Of a DNA stretch of 50,228 nt, positions 39,372-47,537 are shown one piece after another (position 1 is the first letter of the stretch; every line of letters begins with the position of its first letter). A model generated the notes under the pieces. That model made no database searches, was not told the origin of the DNA, and saw only the letters and a list, made by a program, of their open reading frames with translations. This stretch comes from a virus. Made by a program: the position numbers and the translations under genes. The stretch lies in IMG/VR virus record IMGVR_UViG_3300037808_001410; one strand, given 5' to 3'.

Positions 39372-40302
39372 TGGCCAGCCTCCTGTTCCAGATGTTGGTA
39401 ATCTCTCTCTGCATCTCGACGAGATGGCAGATGTTCTCGACGCACAGGGCGTCCTTGTCGGCCCGTCGGCCTGTGATCTTTGCGCCGACATCGTGAGAGA
39501 TGTGGTGCCGCAATTCCCTGAGGTGTCTGGCCTTGGCGGCATCGGTGTTAGAGCCGGCTTTTTCCAGGGTCCTCTTGAGCGACCGGAGGGAATTCTTGGT
39601 GATCATGTACCCATGCCCACCTACACGCGAATCATAGAACTCGCTCTGGCCGAACTTGTCGGTGGTGGTGAAGGCGGTGGTCGAGTCGGCGGTGTCTAGG
39701 TTGGAGGCCTCCATGAGGGGTCGGCGTACCGCAGCGAATCCGTGACATCTCTTCCCGTGCGAATGGACCTGATCAACGAGCCGCCTCCAGAGAGGAGGAT
39801 CAGAGTAGGGAATGTCGCGATTGAACCCCATCCAGTGAATGTCGGGGTGGTTGAGCATGATGTCCCACCCCTTCTGTCCGAGTTCGCGGTGCCATACGAA
39901 GATGCAAGGCCTGCCGCTCTTTTGTTGGTACTGGAACATGAGGGGCCAGACATCCTCGATGATCTTCTGGTTCCCGTAGAGCTTGTAGAGATCAAGATCG
40001 ACGAATCGATCCCATAATGGAGACAGTCTATCGAGGTATCTGAAGTAGGCATCGCAGTAGTCCTCTATGGTTGCATAGGGAAGCTCCAGGCCCCCCTGCG
40101 CGTTGAGGTAGGTGAAGGCCCCGGAATCCACAATGCATTCATCGCCATTGGCCCGGAGCCATGCCCAGTATTTGATGGCCTGGGTGGACTTCCAATAGGC
40201 GAAGGACATGAGGTAGTTGACCTCACCGGGGTACCGCTTCATGACCTCACGCGCCCGACGCATGTGCCCCACCGATGCCGACGCCACGAAGAAGATTTTC
40301 AT
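39289..40302 (-). CDS. dpdA: DpdA-like DNA-guanine transglycosylase (TGT superfamily, 337 aa)
   Basis: ORF track 39289..40392. ATG 40302 overlaps the upstream stop (TGATG). It contains IVDSGAFTYL (compare the TGT motif DSGGFQ) and later LDTADSTT. It sits in an operon with folE/queD/queE/queC. Confidence 0.75.
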   Translation of the reverse strand: MKIFFVASASVGHMRRAREVMKRYPGEVNYLMSFAYWKSTQAIKYWAWLRANGDECIVDSGAFTYLNAQGGLELPYATIEDYCDAYFRYLDRLSPLWDRFVDLDLYKLYGNQKIIEDVWPLMFQYQQKSGRPCIFVWHRELGQKGWDIMLNHPDIHWMGFNRDIPYSDPPLWRRLVDQVHSHGKRCHGFAAVRRPLMEASNLDTADSTTAFTTTDKFGQSEFYDSRVGGHGYMITKNSLRSLKRTLEKAGSNTDAAKARHLRELRHHISHDVGAKITGRRADKDALCVENICHLVEMQREITNIWNRRLANAAHRVNIDGEAISKQLESEQDERTGL

Positions 40303-40865
40303 CAGATCCAATCCCTGCCGGGGGCAAGCGTCTGGGTCTCTGCCATCCATGACCCCTTGGACTCTTTGGGTGTTCTCCAGCCCTTGCCCCACACCAGTTC
40401 ACAGTATTCGACAGCAGGCCACAGCATCGGATAGGTCACACCTTTGAACAGGAACGGATGAACATCGAACAGCCTCGCTGGCAGGGTCTTCTTGCCGTGG
40501 GCATTGAGGTTGAAGATGACGCTGGGGTCGGCAGTAGGCTGGTAGGTGATGATGTCTACGAGGCATCCGTCACGGTGAAAACACTCCTGGTGGGCGCGGT
40601 AGCTACCGTCCTCGATGGTGCCCTCCTTTGGGCCGTCGAGAAACCCTTCGGCGTAAAAGTTCTGCCGTAACACCTTCTTCCATCCCGAGGTGTCACCCTC
40701 CCTTGGCAGGAGGACAGCAAAGTCCAGGTCGGTGTCGGAGGAATGGGGGGCTATCTCGTACTGCCGGTACATGGACAGCAGTTGCCCAGCATAGACAGCA
40801 TAGGGGTAAGGTTGCCTGCTGAGAATGTCATTGGCGACAGCCATGATGTCTTCAGCGTGATCCAT
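40302..40865 (-). CDS. LicD/fukutin-family-like phosphotransferase (187 aa)
   Basis: ORF track 40302..40889 (GTG). ATG 40865 follows AGAGGG. The segment YAGQLLSMYRQYEIAPHSSDTDLDFAVL parallels the LicD motif GTLLGAVR..G.IPWDDDIDV. Confidence 0.55.
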   Translation of the reverse strand: MDHAEDIMAVANDILSRQPYPYAVYAGQLLSMYRQYEIAPHSSDTDLDFAVLLPREGDTSGWKKVLRQNFYAEGFLDGPKEGTIEDGSYRAHQECFHRDGCLVDIITYQPTADPSVIFNLNAHGKKTLPARLFDVHPFLFKGVTYPMLWPAVEYCELVWGKGWRTPKESKGSWMAETQTLAPGRDWI

Positions 40866-40875
40866 GTTCAACCCT

Positions 40876-41292
40876 CTAGGATAACTCACGGAGCCCCTCC
40901 TTGATCTCAGTTGAACAGATGCCCTCGGTGTAGGGGATTGGGATTATCGCCACACCATTGCGGATGCACCACATGATGCCCTTGACTTGTTCGACACCCC
41001 ATGACCCATGGTCGGTGCCGACGAACCTGACATTGATCCCGAGGTCGGCGTAGTCGATCTCATCGAAGGCATTGTGGGTGATGACCGCCCTCACGCAATC
41101 CAGGTGGTTGATGACATCGGCCCTCACCTCGTAGGGCTGCATCGGGTCGCCCTTCTTCTCATGGTGTATCTGGTCTGAGGCTACACCCACATACAGGATG
41201 TCACACATGGAGGCTGCTCTGTGGAGGATGTTCGCGTGACCTGAATGGAAGATGTCGAACGATCCATCTATGTACCCGATTTTCCACTTCAT
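40876..41292 (-). CDS. Cytidylyltransferase-family protein, TagD-like (138 aa)
   Basis: ORF track. The motif is GYIDGSFDIFHSGHANILHRAASMCDILYVGVASD (HxGH nucleotidyltransferase motif). The size matches glycerol-3-phosphate cytidylyltransferases. Confidence 0.8.
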   Translation of the reverse strand: MKWKIGYIDGSFDIFHSGHANILHRAASMCDILYVGVASDQIHHEKKGDPMQPYEVRADVINHLDCVRAVITHNAFDEIDYADLGINVRFVGTDHGSWGVEQVKGIMWCIRNGVAIIPIPYTEGICSTEIKEGLRELS

Positions 41293-42272
41293 TCAGGCAA
41301 CACCCCTTCGATAGCCTGTGAGAATTTCTTGCCAGCTAACCGAACCACTTCAGCGCCCACAGCCACATGGCCCTGATACTCATCGGGATCGAGAGCAGCC
41401 AATAGAGACACAGAACGCGCAAGACCTCTCGCGTCGAGACTTCTGATTCTGCCGGGGTAGTCGTATCCGTAGAGTTCTGGGTAGCAGAGGTCTTCGGGGA
41501 TGGAGGGCAAGGTCCCGCAGAGAAAGGCCTCGGCGGCGACGAGCCCGAAGGTCTCCTTTCTCGATGGAACGGCTGCCACCCTCGCCCCTGCCAAGGCGGT
41601 GTAGTAGGCAGTCCTTGAAGTGAATCTGGCCATTCGGATGTGCGTGTATTTGTTGGCCTCCAGGGCAACATCGTAACCCTTGTCTGCCGACTTCCTCGAT
41701 ACGAAGATTGCGCCATCTTTTTCCTCCAGGGGAACGGGTTCGATGCCGCTGGGCTCGGCAACCGGAATCCCGACAATGGAAATCTTGTCCAGATAAGTTG
41801 CACCGTAAGCAGCATAGAGCAGGTCGCGGTGATATGCGGTGGAAACCCAGATCTCATCCAGGCAATCCAATTGCGCTATGAATGCCCTGTGGTAGCTGGC
41901 AGGGTTAGCAGAATAGGCGTCATGCTCCTCATACGGGCCACCATGGACATACCCAATGAGGCGATGGTTGCCGTTATCGAAGGCCATGATGTTCATGCTC
42001 TGAACATCGGGGAAGAAGATGGTCGCGGTCGGGTACCTCTCGGCGGCAGAGATGCCAAGGGCACAGGCTCTGGCAGCCTTCATGTCCAACTTCTCAAAGA
42101 TGGTCCGGTCCTTACTGTCCCGATCCTCGTAGGCCATGGTGAGCATCCTTGGCCCAAGAATCTCATACATGGTCTTCAGCATGTGAGAGGACCAATTCAT
42201 CGTGCTGTTGTGCTGGGAGACAGCAATAAGGTCAGGCACCTTCGACCTCCGTTCCTGGATAACCAGAGACAT
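41289..42272 (-). CDS. GT-B glycosyltransferase (327 aa)
   Basis: ORF track. The C-terminal signature is PSRKETFGLVAAEAFLCGTLPSIPED. The stop overlaps the next ATG (ATGA). Confidence 0.7.
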   Translation of the reverse strand: MSLVIQERRSKVPDLIAVSQHNSTMNWSSHMLKTMYEILGPRMLTMAYEDRDSKDRTIFEKLDMKAARACALGISAAERYPTATIFFPDVQSMNIMAFDNGNHRLIGYVHGGPYEEHDAYSANPASYHRAFIAQLDCLDEIWVSTAYHRDLLYAAYGATYLDKISIVGIPVAEPSGIEPVPLEEKDGAIFVSRKSADKGYDVALEANKYTHIRMARFTSRTAYYTALAGARVAAVPSRKETFGLVAAEAFLCGTLPSIPEDLCYPELYGYDYPGRIRSLDARGLARSVSLLAALDPDEYQGHVAVGAEVVRLAGKKFSQAIEGVLPE

Positions 42273-42795
42273 ACTCCTCGGGTGGGATGCCGTGACTGCA
42301 TAGGGCCTCGATCACATCATCCTTCGTGGTCCACAGGAGCGGGGTTGTGATCTTCAGGGGGCACAGGGCTGGGTCACGGGCGAGATTCATCGATGTCACC
42401 ATGTTGTCGGCAAAGCTCTTTGAGCAGTCTGGGAAGAGGGCCTGATCGTCCTTGTCGAACCCGACCCAGATCTCGTCGGCCTTGTAATGCTCCGACCATG
42501 AGGCAGCGATGGCCAGGAAGACAGCGTTCCTCCCTGGCACCCAGGCGTCGGACACATTCGGTGATTCGTTCCTCGGCGCATCCCCGGTGAGGGGGTTGGG
42601 TGGCAGGCGTACCTCAACGCAGTCTATGTGAAGCTGGAGCCGGTGAGCGGTCTCAAAGGCCTTCTGCCTCTCCTTCATCTTCTGGCCATAGTCAATATGC
42701 AGGAGACGGATGTCGTCCTTGTCGAAGATCTCTAGGGCTCGGTGCAGCATCAGGCGGGAATCGGCCCCGCCCGAGTACAGGATAATCTTCTTCAT
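42232..42795 (-). CDS. queC: QueC-like PP-loop ATPase (187 aa) lacking the C-terminal Cys cluster
   Basis: ORF track. Motifs are YSGGADS (PP-loop), VPGRN and FPDC. The protein ends before the position where canonical QueC carries its CxxCxxC zinc site. No C-x2-C pair is present in the translation. Confidence 0.75.
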   Translation of the reverse strand: MKKIILYSGGADSRLMLHRALEIFDKDDIRLLHIDYGQKMKERQKAFETAHRLQLHIDCVEVRLPPNPLTGDAPRNESPNVSDAWVPGRNAVFLAIAASWSEHYKADEIWVGFDKDDQALFPDCSKSFADNMVTSMNLARDPALCPLKITTPLLWTTKDDVIEALCSHGIPPEEYVSGYPGTEVEGA

Positions 42796-43352
42796 TTGGC
42801 CCCCCTTACTAAAGACATAAACTCACCCCTGCCCTCACTCTCCATTAGACATCCCCTGAGAGCAGAGGTGACCATCTCGCTATTCTGTTTCTCTACCCCA
42901 CGCGCCCTCATGCACAGGTGGGAGGCCTCGATCACGACAGCAACGCCTTTCGGATGAAGGACGGTATCGACTGCATCCGCGATCTGGTCTGTGAGCCGCT
43001 CCTGGTTCTGGAGGCGTCTTGCAAATAGATCGACGGCCCGTGCCAGCTTAGAGATGCCGACGATGCGCTTGTCAGGTATGTACCCGACATGGGCCTTGCC
43101 GAAGAAAGGCAGAAGGTGATGTTCGCAGGTAGAGAAAAATTCCACGTCACGCAGGATGACAAGACCATTGTGTCCCTCCGATTCAAAGAAGGTGGAGAGG
43201 ACCTCCTCGGCGCTCTGGCTGTAACCGACGAGAAGGTCTTGCCAAGCCGAAGCAATCCGGCGAGGTGTGTCTGCAAGGCCCTCCCTTTCGGGGTCCTCTC
43301 CGACAGTGAGGCAAAGATGGTGAAACCATGAAGCGTTGAAGTCTATGTTCAT
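42792..43352 (-). CDS. folE: GTP cyclohydrolase I (186 aa)
   Basis: ORF track 42792..43442. ATG 43352 overlaps the queE stop (ATGA). Motifs are TPRRIASAW and [22 protein letters not shown]. Confidence 0.92.
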   Translation of the reverse strand: MNIDFNASWFHHLCLTVGEDPEREGLADTPRRIASAWQDLLVGYSQSAEEVLSTFFESEGHNGLVILRDVEFFSTCEHHLLPFFGKAHVGYIPDKRIVGISKLARAVDLFARRLQNQERLTDQIADAVDTVLHPKGVAVVIEASHLCMRARGVEKQNSEMVTSALRGCLMESEGRGEFMSLVRGAK

Positions 43353-44032
43353 TTCAACCTCAAGAACTTGTGCATCTGGACAGACAGACGCCATGGTGAA
43401 TGGCTCTCCACAAATTGGACGCACCACCTGAGGTTCGGCCAATCGATAAGGTCGCAGCCCTCATCTCCGACACGGGTCCTGTTGGCCTCTGAGAACTTGT
43501 TCATCGGTTGGACAAACCAGCAGTTGCAGGTGAGGACCTCTGGGTATGAGCCCCTGAAGGGTCCGACCCATGGACGTTGCCCCTTGGCCAGGACGATCTT
43601 CACCTCGTCGGGTTTCTGGATGACAACCCTCGCCCCCTTCTTGGGGGACACGGTGACCCAATCGACAATCTTGGCATACTCATGTTCCAGCTTGATTGTG
43701 CCGTTGGTCTCGATGTGGATGTTGAACCCTTCCTTCTTCAGCCTTGCCAGGAGGGGCTTGCAATGCAGGAGGGGTTCGCCGCCGGTCAGGCACACGGTCT
43801 TCGGCCTGGACTTCATCTTCCCTGCGACCCGGAGGTAGCAATCATCGGTCACGTTCTTGATCTCATGGATGATGTCATCCTCGGTCATCATCTCGCCGTC
43901 ACGCCAATCGGTATCACAAAAGATGCAGTCGAGGTTGCACCCGGCGAACCTGACGAAGACAGTTGGGAGGCCCGTGTGCATTCCCTCGCCCTGAACGGAC
44001 AGAAAGATCTCGGTGATCTTGTACGATATCAT
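43349..44032 (-). CDS. queE: 7-carboxy-7-deazaguanine synthase, radical SAM (227 aa)
   Basis: ORF track 43349..44089. ATG 44032 overlaps the upstream stop (ATGA). Motifs are [30 protein letters not shown]. Confidence 0.9.
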   Translation of the reverse strand: MISYKITEIFLSVQGEGMHTGLPTVFVRFAGCNLDCIFCDTDWRDGEMMTEDDIIHEIKNVTDDCYLRVAGKMKSRPKTVCLTGGEPLLHCKPLLARLKKEGFNIHIETNGTIKLEHEYAKIVDWVTVSPKKGARVVIQKPDEVKIVLAKGQRPWVGPFRGSYPEVLTCNCWFVQPMNKFSEANRTRVGDEGCDLIDWPNLRWCVQFVESHSPWRLSVQMHKFLRLK

Positions 44033-44661
44033 GGTGACACTCCGTCGAATGGGATTGTGAATCTCTCGGAACCAGGGACGCCACCCCACTTCTTCATGTA
44101 GTGGTCCCTCGGGCCAACCTGCTCTCCACCGGAGGAGGCATTGCGCTTGTGGAAGGGGTCGAGAGACTTTGCATTCCCAACAACCCCCAGCTTTCCCAGC
44201 TTGGCCCTGTAGAGGAAATCCCTGTCCTCGTAATAGGCTGGGAAGAAGGCCACATCAAACTTACCAATCGATTCAAACACCCCGCACTTGAGGGCGAAGG
44301 CACACCAGTGGAAGGGGCCGATCATAAGGTCGGGCTCTCCATTACGGAGAAGCTCCCTCTTGATGTCTTCCGGGTCCTGGCCAAGAACTATGTCATCGTT
44401 CAGGTGGACAACATAGTCGGCCTTGAGGGTGTGGAAGGCGATGTCCGATGCCAGATTCCATGACCCAGCCACGCCGAGATTCCTTCCGGCCTTCACGATC
44501 AGGGTAATGGGCTTCAGGGTCTCCGGGAGGTGGAAGGTCTGCCAGCCGTTATCCACCAGGACCAGTCCAGAGAAGGCGTGGACCCTCTGGGCCAAGTCCT
44601 GAAGGCTTTCGGCCAGGAGGTCAGCACGGATGATTGTTGGGATGGCGAACACCAGCTTCAT
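44029..44661 (-). CDS. GT-A (GT2-like) glycosyltransferase (210 aa)
   Basis: ORF track 44029..44883. ATG 44661 overlaps the queD stop (ATGA). Features are MKLVFAIPTIIRADLL..., VLVDNG..., and HLNDDIVL (DxD-type). Confidence 0.7.
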   Translation of the reverse strand: MKLVFAIPTIIRADLLAESLQDLAQRVHAFSGLVLVDNGWQTFHLPETLKPITLIVKAGRNLGVAGSWNLASDIAFHTLKADYVVHLNDDIVLGQDPEDIKRELLRNGEPDLMIGPFHWCAFALKCGVFESIGKFDVAFFPAYYEDRDFLYRAKLGKLGVVGNAKSLDPFHKRNASSGGEQVGPRDHYMKKWGGVPGSERFTIPFDGVSP

Positions 44662-45140
44662 TTGACCCTCGCCACAGCCTTTGATGTCGGGGTCTCCCAG
44701 AGGGTCACGCCCCTGGGTTTCAAGGAGTGCCGCGCCCAATGGTCCAGGGCCTTCTGGAGAACGTACCGGGAGATGTTCTCGGCGGTGGGCTCCCAGGGGA
44801 CGGTGATGATGCCATAGGCCCCATCGAGGCCACGGATGGCCATAATGGGGTCTTTCTCGTTGAGCATCATCTTGTGGTCCCATGGCTCGATGATGTCCTT
44901 GAGGAAGGCCTTGATCTGGGCGTAATCCACGATCATGCCTGTGCCCTCATCCAGTGGGCCGGTGATGCCAAGCTCGATCTGGTACCGGTGGCCGTGGAGG
45001 TTGTGGCATTTGCCATCGTGATGCATGAGCCGGTGACCCATGTCCCATTCCATCGTCTTGGTGATGTAGATGTAGCCGTCTTGGACGTGCCCATCGAAGG
45101 GTGACGCGATAGTGTGGTCTTCCTTCTTGCCGTTGATCAT
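44658..45140 (-). CDS. queD: 6-carboxy-tetrahydropterin synthase (160 aa)
   Basis: ORF track. The CxxxHGH motif (KCHNLHGHRY) is present. It is coupled to the upstream gene (TGATG). Confidence 0.9.
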   Translation of the reverse strand: MINGKKEDHTIASPFDGHVQDGYIYITKTMEWDMGHRLMHHDGKCHNLHGHRYQIELGITGPLDEGTGMIVDYAQIKAFLKDIIEPWDHKMMLNEKDPIMAIRGLDGAYGIITVPWEPTAENISRYVLQKALDHWARHSLKPRGVTLWETPTSKAVARVK

Positions 45141-46261
45141 CAGAAGATCTCCTTCCAGGCTGCCCTGATCTGCTTGGTCGCGATGGCCGAAGAGTAGGTG
45201 TTTTCGATGATGTTCATATTCTCGATTCCGATCCCCTCCCAGTAGGTGCGGCCTTGATCGATTGCCGATTCGATCCTCAGGGCCAAGGCCTCTGCGCTGG
45301 GGGGATACCAGCTTGCCTTCTCCCAGACCTGCCTTATACCAGACAGCGAATCAATCGCTGGGATTTCGACAGGTTCGGTCGAGGCTGCGAACACCTGTGA
45401 TGCGCTTTGCAGGTTGGCGACGAGCAGTTCCGCGATGCCCGAAGAGTCTGACCCGATAGAGGGTGTGCCCAAGGCCCCGGGCTCAAGAATCGCCTTCGGG
45501 ATGGTGTCGCCATAGGAGGGGTAGAGGTTAACATCGATGGACGCGTAGAACTCCCGAATGCCACCCCTCTCCTTGGTGTTATCCACCGCCGCGAACTCCA
45601 CATTGTCTAGGCCTTCGAACAGCTTCACGGCGTCCTTGAGGCTCTGGGTGGGGGCGTCCGAGAAGGTAGGCCTGAGGCGCAGAACAGCATCACCTGTGTC
45701 GGCCTTACCCCAGGCCTCGGCAAGGACCTTCCAGCCCTTCCGTTCGATCCAGGCACCGGTCATCCCAAAGGTGAAATGCTCGCTTCGACCCTCGTCTACA
45801 CAGCCGAACTTGAAGAACTCGGTGTCCACATGGTTCGGCACCACGAAGATCGGCGCATCCATGACCGGTCGGGCTTGGTTGGCACAATACTCGCTGGTGG
45901 TTATCAGGGCCTTCCACTGGATGTCCTTGAAGAAGGCCTTGAGCATGTCGGCATTGAGAAGCACCTCCCACATCGTCAGCCAGATGGTGGCATGGATGCT
46001 CGCCCCGGCGCTCCAATTGTCCCCGCCAATAAGGACCTGGGCTGGCGAGGCGCACAGCAAGTGCGGGTAGGTGATTTCCTGTGGGCAGGTCATCTTCGCG
46101 TAGGAGAGGTATTGCCGTTCCACCTCCGCATTGTCGCCAGCATTCAACGACTGTGCAGTGACACGGTAGGAGGTCAGATGGTCGAGCAGTTCTCGCCAGT
46201 AGTTGTCGTACCCAGTAGTGCCAAACATGGGTCCGATCAGGTTCGCTTCGAAGGATCGCAT
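45140..46261 (-). CDS. GT-B (group 1) glycosyltransferase (373 aa)
   Basis: ORF track. The signature is YPSYGDTIPKAILEPGALGTPSIGSDSSGIAELLV. It is coupled to the upstream gene (TGATG). Confidence 0.7.
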   Translation of the reverse strand: MRSFEANLIGPMFGTTGYDNYWRELLDHLTSYRVTAQSLNAGDNAEVERQYLSYAKMTCPQEITYPHLLCASPAQVLIGGDNWSAGASIHATIWLTMWEVLLNADMLKAFFKDIQWKALITTSEYCANQARPVMDAPIFVVPNHVDTEFFKFGCVDEGRSEHFTFGMTGAWIERKGWKVLAEAWGKADTGDAVLRLRPTFSDAPTQSLKDAVKLFEGLDNVEFAAVDNTKERGGIREFYASIDVNLYPSYGDTIPKAILEPGALGTPSIGSDSSGIAELLVANLQSASQVFAASTEPVEIPAIDSLSGIRQVWEKASWYPPSAEALALRIESAIDQGRTYWEGIGIENMNIIENTYSSAIATKQIRAAWKEIF

Positions 46262-47160
46262 CAGATCGTCCCCCAGGTATTAGGGTCTGAGAATTCATGC
46301 GGGGCACATTTGGACCAGAAGCCTGCATTGACGTTCTTCTCGGCATAGGCGAGGGCGATCCTCAGGTCCTTCTTGTCGGCAACCATGAGGCAGTCATGGA
46401 AGACATTCTTGAAAGAGGTCCCGATGGGCCAGCCGGTGCCGTCCCTGGTGACCTTGGCCCAGGAGCATCCGTCGGAGGCAATGCCGTAGACCAGGAGGGC
46501 ATCCCCGGCCTTGGCCGACTCGACGTCCTCCCTGGACTTCCATTTGCCGACACTCTCCCAGAGGCGGTAGCCCTTGTCGATGGCAGAGCCGTTGAAGAGG
46601 ATGCCTTCAGCGCCTTTGCCTCGGAGGCCAGCGAGGGCTCTCAGCCATGCATCCATGACGAGCATCTCTTCGGGTCGGTTTGAGCCGAAGGGCCAGACGA
46701 TGGCCTGTTCGTCGGGGTCCAGGCCCCACCACCGGACGTTGGGATCGAAGTCATCGATGAAGAGGCCTCGGCATCCGGCCCAGACCTTTGAATTGAGGAC
46801 GGCGAAGCACATCTCGGCAAACCGTTGGTCGTGGAATTGGTCCATCCGGTACGGGAACTGTCCCTTGTCGGCCCGGACATAGGGGAGGGTCGCGTAGATG
46901 TCGGCGGGGCCAAGCTGCCAGGATGGGTGGTTGTTCTCGGCCACGGTCCTGTAGGAGCAGCCCCAGTAGTCGAGGTAGAGGTAGGTCTTGGCCAGGGTTC
47001 GGGTGAAGGCCTCCGGGCCGTAGGTTCGAAGGAGGTCCATCGAGGATGATCCGGTGACGATCTGCTCGACATTCATCATGCCTTCGAACTGGTCCTGGGT
47101 GATGAGGTTGGGGTCGTAGGAGTTGCCGTAGTAGAAGCCTATGGGTCGGTACATGTTCAT
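46261..47160 (-). CDS. Hypothetical protein, tentatively TIM-barrel glycoside-hydrolase-like (about 299 aa; start at 47160 or 47154)
   Basis: ORF track 46261..47259 (TTG). ATGs at 47160 and 47154 follow GAAGGG. The segment ...GCRGLFIDDFD... is reminiscent of GH114 / GHL-type barrels. This call is weak. Confidence 0.4.
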   Translation of the reverse strand: MNMYRPIGFYYGNSYDPNLITQDQFEGMMNVEQIVTGSSSMDLLRTYGPEAFTRTLAKTYLYLDYWGCSYRTVAENNHPSWQLGPADIYATLPYVRADKGQFPYRMDQFHDQRFAEMCFAVLNSKVWAGCRGLFIDDFDPNVRWWGLDPDEQAIVWPFGSNRPEEMLVMDAWLRALAGLRGKGAEGILFNGSAIDKGYRLWESVGKWKSREDVESAKAGDALLVYGIASDGCSWAKVTRDGTGWPIGTSFKNVFHDCLMVADKKDLRIALAYAEKNVNAGFWSKCAPHEFSDPNTWGTI

Positions 47161-47221
47161 CCCTTCAGGCTGGGGTTCCCCCACACTGTCTTCCTCTCTG
47201 GCACCCATGTCAAACAATTTG

Positions 47222-47251
47222 TTGACAATATTGCCACCTTTTGTGTAACCT
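47222..47251 (+). promoter_or_regulatory. Candidate promoter of the rightward 47274-49607 operon
   Basis: -35 TTGACA (47222-47227), 18-nt spacer, weak -10 TAACCT (47246-47251). It is followed by AAGGAGG and ATG 47274. Confidence 0.35.
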
Positions 47252-47273
47252 CCTGCCAATCAAGGAGGTTAGG

Positions 47274-47537
47274 ATGGCGACGAGCAAGGTTGGTGGTGGT
47301 CCTCAGGGGGACGGGCATTTTCTATCGAGGGGTGAATGCACGGTAGCGATCCGGCAGGTTCTGATCGGGATGCAGGTCACGGGGGTCTCTCCCTATCATC
47401 TTGACGGCGTAGACATGGTTCGGGTTCATTTGACGAGGGAGACCCTGGATCATGAGAAGGCTCCCTTGGGTCCTGGGGCGGCCTACCTGGACTTTGACGC
47501 ACACGGGCTGATGGACCATTTGGAGGGTATGAGATGA
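47274..47537 (+). CDS. Hypothetical protein (87 aa)
   Basis: ORF track 47241..47537. ATG 47274 lies 5 nt after AAGGAGG. Confidence 0.6.
   Translation: MATSKVGGGPQGDGHFLSRGECTVAIRQVLIGMQVTGVSPYHLDGVDMVRVHLTRETLDHEKAPLGPGAAYLDFDAHGLMDHLEGMR

Noticed and set aside
41336-42350. ORFs 41336..41857 (-) and 41640..42350 (+) inside the GT-B gene
   Set aside because: They are off-frame or antisense to an ORF carrying a clear glycosyltransferase signature and ATGA coupling.
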